A stretch of DNA of 37,945 nt from Octopus bimaculoides (taxonomy: Eukaryota): NCBI RefSeq assembly GCF_001194135.2, contig NC_068986.1, forward strand, positions 117,042,335-117,080,279, read 5' to 3'. The notes beneath the pieces are model-generated. The model was given only the letters and a program-made list of their open reading frames with translations, was not told where the DNA came from and made no database searches. This document shows, in pieces, positions 28,401 through 37,945 of the stretch. Each line of letters starts with the position of its first letter. The stretch's first letter is position 1. A program made the position numbers and the translations under genes.

Positions 28401-31400
28401 GCAGCAGTAATGTTAGTGGCTGTAGTGGTCATTGTTTTATCAGCTTCACTAGAAGCTGCAGTAACTGTGGCAAGTTCAATAAAAGTTGCAGTAAAATTAG
28501 CAATAGTTTTCTCTCTTTCTCTACCAAAGATATTCTGCTATGGTTGGTATTTGGTTACGAAGGTTGTTTCTTTGTTGAAGCACTGTTGTTGTGCAATCAC
28601 TAAATTGATAGGGGAAAATTGTAAAATTTGGTCATTTCTTACTTGCACGTATGTATGTTCACTGAGTCCTGTTTGTATTCCCACATTTAATCTGGTTTGT
28701 CCTGGGCAATTATATGCTCAGGATTTGAAGAAAATTACATTGGACAAATCAGTAAATCCTTAAGACAACATATAGACAGTGAATGCAAATACATATGTGC
28801 GAATAAGAAACAACCAAACTTTATGATTTTCATCTTAATATCAATTTAGTGATTACACAACAACAATGCATCAACAAAAGAACAACCCTTATAACCAAAT
28901 ACCAATCTCATCAAAATACCTGTAGTAAAGAAAGGGAGACAACTATAAGGTGGGCCAGAATTTATGACTCACTTATTAGTTTTTTAATATGCTTATTTTA
29001 TTATTGTATTCTTTAATTCATTTCAGTCATTTGACTGCAGCCATGCAGGAGCACTGCTTTTAGTCGAACAAATCAACCCCAGGACTTATTGTTTGTAAGC
29101 CTAGTGCTTTTTCTATCGGTTTCTTTTGCCAAACTGCTAAGTTACGGGGGCGTAAACACACCAACATAAGTTATCAAGCAATGTTGGGGGAACAAAGACA
29201 CACACATATATATACAACGGGCTTCTTTCAGTTTCTATCTACCAAATCCTCTCACAAGGCTTTGGTTGGCCCAAGGCTATAGTAGAAGACACTTGCCCAC
29301 TTATCTAAATTTATTATTTTATTTCTTAATATGCATATTAATAAATATTAATATATTTATTTCTTTATTGCCCACAGTGGACTAAACAGAGGGGACAAAC
29401 AAGGACAGACAAAGGGATTAAGTCGATTACATTGACCCCAGTGCATAACTAGTACTTATTTAATTGACCCCGAAAGGATGAATTTTAACTCAGACTGTAA
29501 TAGCAGAAGAAATACCACTAGGCATTTCGCCTGGTATGCTAACGATTCTACCAGCTCACTGCCTTATGAATATTAATATATCAAATGTAACTAACTGTTT
29601 GGCACCTTGGGCAAGTGTCTTCTACTATAGACTCTGGGTGACCAAAGCCTTGAGTGGATTTGGTAGAGGGAAACTGAAAGAAGCCCATCATATATATGTA
29701 TTTGTCCCCACCACCACTGCTTGACAACCCAAGCTGGTGTGTTTATGTCCCTGTAACTTAGTGGTTCAGCAAAAAGGGTCAATAAAGTACTAGGCTTACA
29801 AAGAATAAATTTTGGGGTTGATTTGACAAAAGGTGGTACTCCAGTATGGCCACAGTCAAATGACTGAAACAAGTAAATTAATATAAGAATTCTCAAATCA
29901 TTTTTTACTTTTAGTTTTATTAATATATACACAAACAAACAAACACACACTGCATAGTTTCTGTTTACCAGATTTTACACTTAAAGTATTAAACAAGTCA
30001 GAATTAAGGTAAAAATTATTTTCTCCGGTTGCTATGCAGCAAGATGGAACTTGGAACCACAAGTTTGTGAAGTAAGTTCCTTAACAAGACAACCATGCCT
30101 GGAGATTGTTTAAAAGTTGGTACTTAACTCTAGTCCCATGGTGTCAAGTGGATCAGAGACAAATATATCCTTAAAATGATTATTAGAGTACCATAAAAGA
30201 ACATTTTTAGATGAAATGATAAAAAGTTCATCCACGCTCTGTGGATTGATACAGATTTCAAGAAAATTCTGTTTCCATATATTGGTTTTATTGTTGTTGT
30301 TTTACTTGAATGGGACAAAAAGAAGAAATAATTCAATAAAACTATCTGAAAACGTTAATACATTCTCATAAGAATATGTAACTTACAGTCTTTTAGTTCA
30401 GCCTTTGACTTCATGGTACCATCTGGTTTAAATAGTGTTGAATATGGTAAATTCTTGGAATGAGGAATATGACCTAACAAATAAAACAAATATAAATTAA
30501 TAGTAAAATGGGAAAAAATATTCCATTTGTAATTTACAGTAAATCATAATTATCACCATTATTATTAATTAATTTTTGGCTTCCATACTGGCGCTGGTTG
30601 GATGATTTGACAGGATCTGACAAACTGAAAGACAGCAGCATATGCCTATGTCTACCAAAGCTTGGTCTTTATGCCAACCACTTTACAGAGTGTAGTGGGT
30701 GGTTTTTGCATGGTACTAACACTAGTGAAGATTGGTTCATAACTTGCAAGGCTAAGGGACTAAACTGGCCCCTGTAACCAAGGGATAATAGAATAGATAA
30801 GACAGAGAGAGAATGAGGGAGGGAGAGAGAGAGAGAGAGTGTGTGCGGATAATGATTTTAGGTGGAAGTTAAAGGAGAGAAAGTAAGGTGAGAGAAACAG
30901 ACTTGTGGTCGTGATAATGTGGTGGAGGAGAGAACAACAGGGGATTAGAATATACACTGATTGGAGGGGAGGGAATATGGCAAGAAATAAGGGAATGGGG
31001 AGGACTTAGTGTCAGGGGTTATTGAGAAAAGGGAGAGAGAGAGATTACTTATTTTTCTGTCCACCAAGAACCACTTGTTAACCTTTTAACCATTTCAATC
31101 TTATTTTGATCTTGATTTTGATTTTTAGATGTCAAAAACAGCTGATGCCAAATGGGTTTTTACACTGAATTGATGGAACCAAAAATGGCAGCACAAAATC
31201 TATTGTAACCAAATGTCTATCACTCAATGCTGGTGTTTAGCACCAGGTTAACCTTAATGAAGCAGATTATTATAATCTACCCAGGACAGGTATGCATTTG
31301 CAGAACATTGGTGAAACCACAACAGGTCTTCTTGATCAACTGTGCCTTCATTCCGACTTTAGTGTTTTCTTGACAGAAATATTGGGGTGGTTTTCCATTG

Positions 31401-33376
31401 CCTTCCCTCAACCGGGTGGCTGTTGGATCATATGGAGCTCATCCGCCCTTCAACAGGTCTTATTTTTAGTCCTGTCAGGTGTCCAGACACCCTCCTGACA
31501 GGAGTTATTCAAGTGGGGGAGCCAGTTTAGTGGCTGACCACTTGACCATGGAACAGGTAGCACTTGTTTACACGGTACTAGTAACAAGTCTCATCAGCCT
31601 GTGATGAGATCCCTGACCAGACTCTACCTAAGACAAAAAAAATGTCCTTTGAAGAACTTTTTACTTTCCTGATAACAGAAGAGCAATTTTGGATAAACTA
31701 CCAAGAACTCTTTTATCCAAGAACTCTTTTATTATTAAGAAAGTAAAGAGATCTTCAAGGGAAATTTGACCATTGTTTTCTTCTTCATCTACTTATGTAG
31801 ATGCTTGTTTGTTGACATGATAATGGTGATGATGATGGGGGTGGGAGTGATGGTGTGGAAGAGGAAGAGGATGTTAAATCTTTAAGAATCTTTGGATTAT
31901 CAATGATGCCATGCAGATATTGTACTGTTTAGGTGTGAGAATGCCATGAAACATCCTAACAGTTATGTTAGCAATCCTAAAAAAAAAAAAAAAACCAATG
32001 TTCTAACGACATACCAAGTTTATCTTGAGGATTTCCATGGAAAGCTTGAGAAGGACGACAGTCGACAACTTTTTCAGTTTGGGTTTCCAGATTTTTTGCT
32101 ATTTCTTCAAAGGACCGAAAACGTTTTGGCTCAAGGTTAATTTCAAAGTTGCATTTCTAGAAAATTCAAGAATACAAAGAGGATGAGAAATTTATTTGTA
32201 AATCTCAGAAAAGAAGTGCCAATCATTAAATGAAACAAGAACATTCTTTTTTTCTTTTATTCTTTTACTTGTTTCAGTCATTTGACTGTGGCCATGCTGG
32301 AGAACCGCCATTGCTTGACAAACGATGCTGGTGTGTTTATGTCCCTGTAACTTAGTGGTTCGGCAAAAGAGACCGATAAAATAAGTACTAGGCTTACAAG
32401 GAATAAGCTCTGGGGTTGACTTGCTTGATTAAAGGTGGTGCTCCAGCATGGCCGCAGTCAAATGACTGAAACAAGAGTTCTCTTTCAATAAACATGGTGT
32501 TAGAGGAATCCTTATGTTAATAACACCTTCTATAAACACTGGGGTTTGTGGATTGAGTTCCCAAAGAATAAGATTTATTTAGAAAATTCCAGAAAACAAT
32601 GCAGAAAATATTAAATTTTTACCTCGTATGTTGTCGGTTTTGCTGTCACTTCATAGTTATCAGCAATCCACTTGGACATTCCTCCATCTAACATTGATAC
32701 ATCAGAGTGGCCAAGGTACTGAAAAAGTCAAAGAATGATTATTGGTGACTAAGCACAAAGTAAATAGTTTAGAGTTGTGGCTTTCATGCCTTTTACAACA
32801 TTGTTAACCCTTTCGTTACTGTATTTAGTTTGAGATGCTCTGTGTTTCTTTCAGTTGATTTTAAATATAACAAAGAACTTAGTAAAATAACTTAGTTATC
32901 ATTAAGCTAGTGTTAGGAACATAAATTGGGACTAAGATTTTAATTCAAAACTTATGAAAGCAAAACATTTGTACTACAGAGCCAGAGGCAGTTTCAGCCG
33001 GATTGGTATCGAAAGGGTTAAGAATTGTTTGTCTATTATATATTTTAACCCTTTTGTTACCATATTTCTGTTGAGATGCTCTGTGTTTCTTTCAATTAAT
33101 TTTAAATATAACAAAGAATTTAGTAAAATAACTTAGTTATCATTAAGCTAGTCTTAGGAGCATAAGTTGTGATGAAGATTTGGTGGAAGATTTTAATTCA
33201 AAACTTATGAAAACAAGACATTTGTACTACAGAGCCAGAGCTGGTTTCATCTGGGTTGGTAACGAAAGGGTTAATGGTATAATAGAAATGGGATGGCTTT
33301 AACTGGCAAGGAAGGAAACAATTACTGATTGGACATTTATTTCTGGTTTTTTTTTGAAGGTTGGTGTTTATGTAAT

Positions 33377-33431
<55 letters not shown>

Positions 33432-35856
33432 ATGCACACACATATGTAAAATCATTAACCTCACACACACACATGTAATTGTGCATATACCTCAATTTTT
33501 AATTGAATCGTTGTCCCTGTTGAGTCAAGCGAAATCGAATTGTGGCCAATGACCCAGCAAGTAAAGTGAGATCACAGCCGAGGCTGATACCAGTGTTGCA
33601 TAACCAGAGCAATTTAAAAGTACCCCTTAAATCGTTGGGCGATATGCTGTGCTTGAGAAGATCTACTGAGTCAAGTAAAATCAAAATGGAAATCTTTGTT
33701 GTGGCCAATGCCACTTCCACCTGACTGGTAGCACGCAATAAGCACCATTCAAGCGTGGGTCAATGCCAGTGCCGCCTGACTGGTTCCCCATGCTTGTGGC
33801 ATGTAAAAAGCACCGTCTGAACATGGTTGATGCCAGTGCCCCTGACTGGCCCCTGTGCTGGTGGCACGTAAAAAGCATTCACTATATTCTCGGAGTGGTT
33901 GGCATAAAGAAGGGCATCCAGCTGTAGAAACCTTGCCAGATCAGATTGGAGCCTGGTGCAGCCATTTGGTTCACCAGTCCTCAGTCAAATCGTCCAGCCC
34001 ATGCCAGCATGGAAAGCGGACGTTAAACGATGATGATGATGATGATGATGATACAGTGTAACTAGATAAAGATTCAGCTGATATTTCTAGCATGTCAAAC
34101 ATTATTTGCTGAAACTCTTGAATCCCACACTGTAGGCCAGTCCTGATTAAACAGAGTTATGAGTAAAAACCATTCCAGCCATGACCATGCAGGCTTTTGA
34201 AGAATATTTCAGACAATAACAAAATTATCTAATGTGTCCTCCCTTGCTTTGAATAGAAGAATGGGATTTGGGAGAGATTTAAGTGCTATTTCTAGCGGCC
34301 GCATGGGTTGGCTCTTAGGTGAAACTTGATCAAGTAGAGCTATGAGCAAAAACATTCCAGTTGTGACCATCCTGTTTGTTTAGGGGTTTGTAAGACCACA
34401 TCATTTAAGGTGCCTTTCCTTTATTATGAAAATAGGGTACAATCTGAGAAAAATTTGGTTGCTATTTCTAGTTTGTAGAAGTGTCCTTAGTTATGATCTC
34501 TGTATCGATGTAACATAAGAAGATAAGAAGAAATAATCAGAAAGTTTGTAATAGGCGCAGGGGTGGTTGTGTGATAAGTAGCTTGCTTACCAACCACATG
34601 GTTCTGGGTTCAGTCCCACTACATGGAACCTTGGGCCAGTGTCTTCTACTATAGCCTCAGGCCGATCAAAGCCTTGTGAGTGGATTTGGTAGATGGAAAC
34701 TGAAAGAAGCCTGTCATATATGTGTGTGTTTGTGTGTCTGTGTCCCCCCATCATCACTTGACAACTGATGCTGGTGTGTTTACGTCCCCATAACTTAGTG
34801 GTTCAGCAAAAATGACCGATGGGATAAGTACGAGGCTCACAAAGAATAAGTCTTGGGGTCGATTTGTTCGACTAAAGGCGGTGCTCCAGCATGGCCACAG
34901 TCAAATGACTGAAATAAATAAAAGAATAAAGGAAAGAAACAAAGGAATGCCTACCTTAAACATCCACCAGGCTCGGAATGCTGAGCTGTTGTTTTGCTGA
35001 TCATAAACAATAATATAATTCTTATTGGAAATTCCCAAATTTCCAATGTATTCACTTAAACAATTTGTATCTGGTAAGTCGTACGGCAGATGTTTAGTTG
35101 GGGTACTGCACTGGTTCAGATCAAAGTAGATGGATCCAGGAATATGTTGCCTGGGGCAAAGAAATTATAATATCACTGTTTGTTACAATGTGTGTTTGGG
35201 TGTTATGCTTTTAACAGCCTTAACTATGGGAAGAAACTGAAGATGTAATTGAAATTTTTTAACAATGGAACAAGTCTGAGTGTTATGTGTCTAATAATCT
35301 TAATGAAACAAAATTGAAGACGTGATCAAATTATTCGACATAAAACAAGTTTGCTTGTTGTGCTTTAAACAAACTGAACTATGGAATGAAAGTAAAGACA
35401 ATCAAAATATTTAATGCAATGAAACAATGTTATGAAGATTTATAAATTCATGCTTCATAAATGAAATAAAATTAACAAAACATGAAATTTCCATAGGAAT
35501 TTCTTCTGATTCATTATGTTCTGAGTTCAAATTCCACAAGGCTGACTTTGTCTTTCATTCTTTCAGGGTCAATAAATAAAGTAAAGTGAAGCCCTGGTTT
35601 GAAGTAATCGACTAAAACCTTCCCCTTAAATTTCAGGCTTTGTGCCTATAGTAGAAAGGATTATTATTATAATAAATTAATTATAGGTGTAGGAGTGGCT
35701 GTGTGGTAAGTAGCTTGCTTACCAACCACATGGTTCCGGGTTCAGTCCCACTGCGTGGCATCTTGGGCATGTGTCTTCTACTATAGCCTCGGGCCGACCA
35801 AAGCCTTGTGAGTGGATTTGGTAGATGGAAACTGAAAGAAGCCCGTCGTATATATG

Positions 35857-35900
<44 letters not shown>

Positions 35901-37387
35901 TGTCTGTCCCCCTAGCATTGCTTGACAACCAATGCTGCTGTGTTTATGTCCCCGTCACTTAGTGGTTCAGCAAAGGAAAACGATAGAATAAGTACTAGGC
36001 TTCCAAAGAATAAGTCCCGTTGTCGATATGCTCGACTAAAGGCGGTGCTCCAGCATGGCCGCAGTCAAATGACTGAAACAAGTAAAAGAGTAATTACTTA
36101 AACTCCTAAAAAATATTTTATTTAAGCAACCTGCCAAAGAGACATGTAATTTTTTAGAAGCCCATGAAGTAGACTATGTGGTTTCTTGATGTATTATAAA
36201 TAGCAGTCAAATCTGCCTGACATCACAATGCCTTGCTGTCCATTGGTTATGATGATGAGGGTTCCAATAGATAGGATCAACGGAACAGCCTGCTCATGAA
36301 ATTAACATGCAAGTGGCTGAGTACTCCACAGACACATGTGCCCATAATGTAGTTCTCAGTATGACACACCAAACATGACAAGCCTGGCCTTTTGAAATCC
36401 AGTCACAACTCATTTTCACCAGATGAGTGGAATGGAGTAATGAGAAATAAATTGTCTTGCTTAAGGATACAAAGGTGGGGTTTGGTAATTGAACTCACGA
36501 CTGAAAACCCTAGCCACTGAAAACCCTAATCACTGAATACAATAGCTACTAAGGTGGTGAACTGATACAATCGTTAGCATGTTGGCCAAAAGGATTCGAT
36601 GCATTTCCTCCGTCTTTACATTCTGAGTTCAAATTCCACCGAGGCTGACAAATGCCTTTCATCCTTTCGGAGTTGATAAAATAAGTACCAGTTACACACT
36701 GGGGTCGATGTGATAGATATCACAGTGCAATGTCTTAAAGAAAAAGGAAAGTGACAATGGAAAAAGAAATATTTGATATACAATAAACGATGGGATGTCT
36801 TTGAGCATCTGTCTTGTCAAAGATAACTGATATGGCAGTTAGCAACATCATCCTCATCATCGTTTAACGTCCGCTTTCCATGCTAGCATGGGTTGGACGA
36901 TTTGACTGAGGACTGGCGAACCAGATGGCTACACCAGGCTCCAATCTGATTTGGCTTGGTTTCTACAACTGGATGCCCTTCCTAACACCAACCACTCCAA
37001 GAGTGTAGTGGGTGCTTTTACGTGCCACCGGCACGAGGGCCAGTCAGGCGGGTACTGGCGACAACCACGCTTGACATGGTGTATTTTACGTGTCACCTGC
37101 ACAGGAACCAGTCCATCGGCACTGGCAACGATCTCGCTCGAATGTCTTTTCATGTGCCACTGGCACAAGTGCCAGGGAGGCGACGTTGGTAACGATCACG
37201 CTGAAATGAATAAATAAAACAAGGACACCTCAACTTACTTCTTGTAGAACTTGTCGTAGCCAACACCAGGCTTTTGCAGACGAGCCCAAGAAACATCTAA
37301 AACACGAAGTTTGTCTGCAGACGACGATGACAAACAATCCTTCAGCCAGTTAGTGGACACGAGGGTTCCAATTTTAGTAATCCGCAT
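25374..37387 (-). CDS. Tandem-domain rhodanese / TST-MPST family sulfurtransferase, 281 aa; complement(join(25374..25424,26908..27032,30387..30473,32015..32156,32623..32718,34955..35150,37239..37387))
   Basis: Seven minus-strand exons with AG/GT ends, 846 nt = 282 codons. Protein: MRITKIGTLVSTNWLKDCLSSSSADKLRVLDVSWARLQKPGVGYDKFYKKQHIPGSIYFDLNQCSTPTKHLPYDLPDTNCLSEYIGNLGISNKNYIIVYDQQNNSSAFRAWWMFKYLGHSDVSMLDGGMSKWIADNYEVTAKPTTYEKCNFEINLEPKRFRSFEEIAKNLETQTEKVVDCRPSQAFHGNPQDKLGHIPHSKNLPYSTLFKPDGTMKSKAELKDLFTASGVSLGKPLICTCQTGVTACGVAAAAEMLGKEEITVYLGSWHEWSQRADSKQII*. Family motifs: LVSTxWL, VLDxSW, HIPG..FD, RxWWMF, LDGG..W, GHIP, CxxGVTAC, GSWxEW. TST versus MPST orthology cannot be decided, so no symbol is given. 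Confidence 0.95.
25835..26180 (-). mobile_element. Decayed RTE-clade LINE fragment, AP-endonuclease domain
   Basis: Minus translation HFYESLLQTTSTVSDYDLVANGFYGHGVKHMDGFHDAHGVYSYSFRN*AG.. then, after a frameshift, LEFCDAVDLTICNTPFKKPTKHLIAYLSG; resembles RTE endonuclease motifs GDFNGHVG and LEFC..N.L.I.NT.F.K. Confidence 0.75.
26908..27032 (-). CDS. Sulfurtransferase exon 6, active site (LFTASGVSLGKPLICTCQTGVTACGVAAAAEMLGKEEITVYL); catalytic Cys240 codon at 26985-26983
   Basis: Long pyrimidine tract plus ttcag acceptor, gtaagt donor; 125 nt. Confidence 0.96.
28503..28946. repeat. 108-bp inverted repeat (28503-28610 / 28839-28946), 228-nt spacer
   Basis: Ungapped manual alignment, 89/108 identical. 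Confidence 0.9.
28995..29300 (-). mobile_element. SINE family A, 3' two-thirds
   Basis: tttcagtcatttgactgcagccatgc...ggcttctttcagtttc. Confidence 0.75.
29600..29885 (+). mobile_element. SINE family A, inverted relative to 28995-29300
   Basis: caccttgggcaagtgtcttc...cagtcaaatgactgaaacaagta. Confidence 0.75.
30387..30473 (-). CDS. Sulfurtransferase exon 5 (GHIPHSKNLPYSTLFKPDGTMKSKAELKD)
   Basis: ttgttag / gtaagt on minus; 87 nt. Confidence 0.94.
32015..32156 (-). CDS. Sulfurtransferase exon 4 (KCNFEINLEPKRFRSFEEIAKNLETQTEKVVDCRPSQAFHGNPQDKL)
   Basis: tttctag / gtatgt on minus; 142 nt. Confidence 0.93.
32262..32476. mobile_element. SINE family A 3' end present in both orientations (42-bp inverted arms)
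   Basis: Arms 32268-32309 and 32434-32475. Confidence 0.75.
32623..32718 (-). CDS. Sulfurtransferase exon 3 (YLGHSDVSMLDGGMSKWIADNYEVTAKPTTYE)
   Basis: ttttcag / gtaaaa on minus; 96 nt. Confidence 0.95.
32808..33017 (+). mobile_element. piggyBac-like MITE, copy with 12-bp internal deletion (210 bp)
   Basis: TTAA at 32804-7 and 33018-21; CCCTTTCG...CGAAAGGG termini. Confidence 0.8.
33049..33270 (+). mobile_element. piggyBac-like MITE (222 bp)
   Basis: TTAA at 33045-8 and 33271-4. Confidence 0.8.
33500..34052 (+). mobile_element. SINE family B, long copy
   Basis: Head, subrepeats, core, ggacgttaaac(gat)n. Confidence 0.8.
34554..34930 (+). mobile_element. SINE family A, near full length
   Basis: Colinear with 35686-36090; B box 34607-34617. 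Confidence 0.85.
34955..35150 (-). CDS. Sulfurtransferase exon 2 (QHIPGSIYFDLNQ...AFRAWWMFK)
   Basis: gccccag / gtaggc on minus; 196 nt. Confidence 0.96.
35686..36090 (+). mobile_element. tRNA-derived SINE, family A (local label), near full length
   Basis: A box tggctgtgtgg 35696-35706, B box ggttcagtccc 35739-35749, internal (TG)n, 3' end gcagtcaaatgactgaaacaagtaaaagag; about 10 related copies in the window. Confidence 0.85.
36845..37203 (-). mobile_element. SINE family B, ending about 35 nt below the donor of sulfurtransferase exon 1
   Basis: catcatcgtttaacgtccgctttccatgctagcatgggttggacg and three subrepeats. Confidence 0.85.
37239..37387 (-). CDS. Sulfurtransferase coding exon 1 (MRITKIG...GYDKFYK); the exon starts at 37402 after an acceptor
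   Basis: Minus strand: cttctttgcag | tttttatcggaaagc ATG; A at -3; donor gtaagt below 37239. Confidence 0.9.
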
Positions 37388-37624
37388 GCTTTCCGATAAA
37401 AACTGCAAAGAAGAAAGATAAGAAGTGCTTTATTGAAAAAATAACAAAAATAAAATATAAATATAAATAGAATCATCATCATATTCTAACATCCACTTTT
37501 CCATGCTTGCATGGGTTGGATAGAATTTGTTGAGGTAGATTTTCTATGACTGGATACTCTACCTGTTGCCAACCCTCATCTTTTTCCTTGTGAGGTAATA
37601 TTTCTACATGACCAGAGATGTTTC

Positions 37625-37790
37625 CTTGGAGGAAGTGCATGTGAGAGAGGGAGTGGGAGTGAGAGAGAGAGTGTGTGTGTGAGAGGGAGTGTGTGAGAGA
37701 GGGAGTGCATGTGAGAGAGGGAGTGTGAGTGAAAGAGGGAGTGTGTGCGAGAGAGAGAGAGTGTGAGAGAGAGAGTGTGAGAGAGAGAGA
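37625..37790. repeat. Purine-rich (GA)/(GT) low-complexity tract
   Basis: gagagagggagtgtgtgagagag-type units; gtgcatgtgagagagggagtg occurs twice. Confidence 0.85.
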
Positions 37791-37945
37791 TGCAATGGTT
37801 GAAGAGAATTGAAAGATGGGAGAAAGAGGGAAGGTGATCAACAGATAGCCAAGAGTCGAGGGAACAAACATAGGCTTGATAGGATACACATACAAGCATA
37901 TACATACATACATACATTATATATATATATATATATATATATATA

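Noticed and set aside
28385-28763. Hydrophobic 124-aa ORF resembling a membrane protein
   Set aside because: Arises from GCA/GTA-rich low-complexity sequence and one arm of the inverted repeat; antisense within an intron, GTG/TTG-type start.
31701-31732. 16-nt tandem duplication ccaagaactcttttat x2
   Set aside because: Simple slippage event in intronic, probably TE-derived sequence; no further structure.
35686-35760. tRNA-like sequences with A and B boxes (also 34554, 15147, 36548)
   Set aside because: No complete cloverleaf or acceptor stem, and each continues into a SINE body; these are SINE heads, not tRNA genes.
37479-37917. Ser/Leu/His/Thr-rich ORFs of 63-144 aa
   Set aside because: Translations of the (GA)/(GT) low-complexity tract and an adjacent SINE.

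Overview
Eukaryotic, AT-rich, microsatellite- and SINE-dense genomic DNA. The repeat families and (CAT)n/(TA)n/(TG)n load look like an Octopus (coleoid cephalopod) genome; this is recognition, not a search result. Two spliced protein-coding genes face each other tail-to-tail, and both were reconstructed by hand from GT-AG boundaries with consistent codon phase. (1) + strand, 413-17431: the last 13 coding exons (534 aa plus stop) of phosphatidylinositol 4-kinase III alpha (PI4KA), with intact FKVGDD, DRHNGN and HIDFG motifs. (2) - strand, 37387-25374: a 7-exon, 281-aa tandem-domain rhodanese (TST/MPST-family sulfurtransferase) that the ORF track misses entirely. It keeps the catalytic Cys, but its active-site loop is CQTGVT and the residues equivalent to the MPST Ser-His-Asp triad and the two substrate-binding arginines are all changed or missing, so it is a candidate sulfurtransferase of different specificity. 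This is the most interesting item in the window. The introns hold many tRNA-derived SINEs, an RTE LINE endonuclease remnant, an internally deleted DD37D (maT) transposon, TTAA-flanked piggyBac-like MITEs and several strong fold-back structures. There is also an intragenic duplication that carries its 3' flank, and a 117-N assembly gap between the genes. No CRISPR array, rRNA or true tRNA gene is supported. TE boundaries are approximate unless TIR/TSD coordinates are given.
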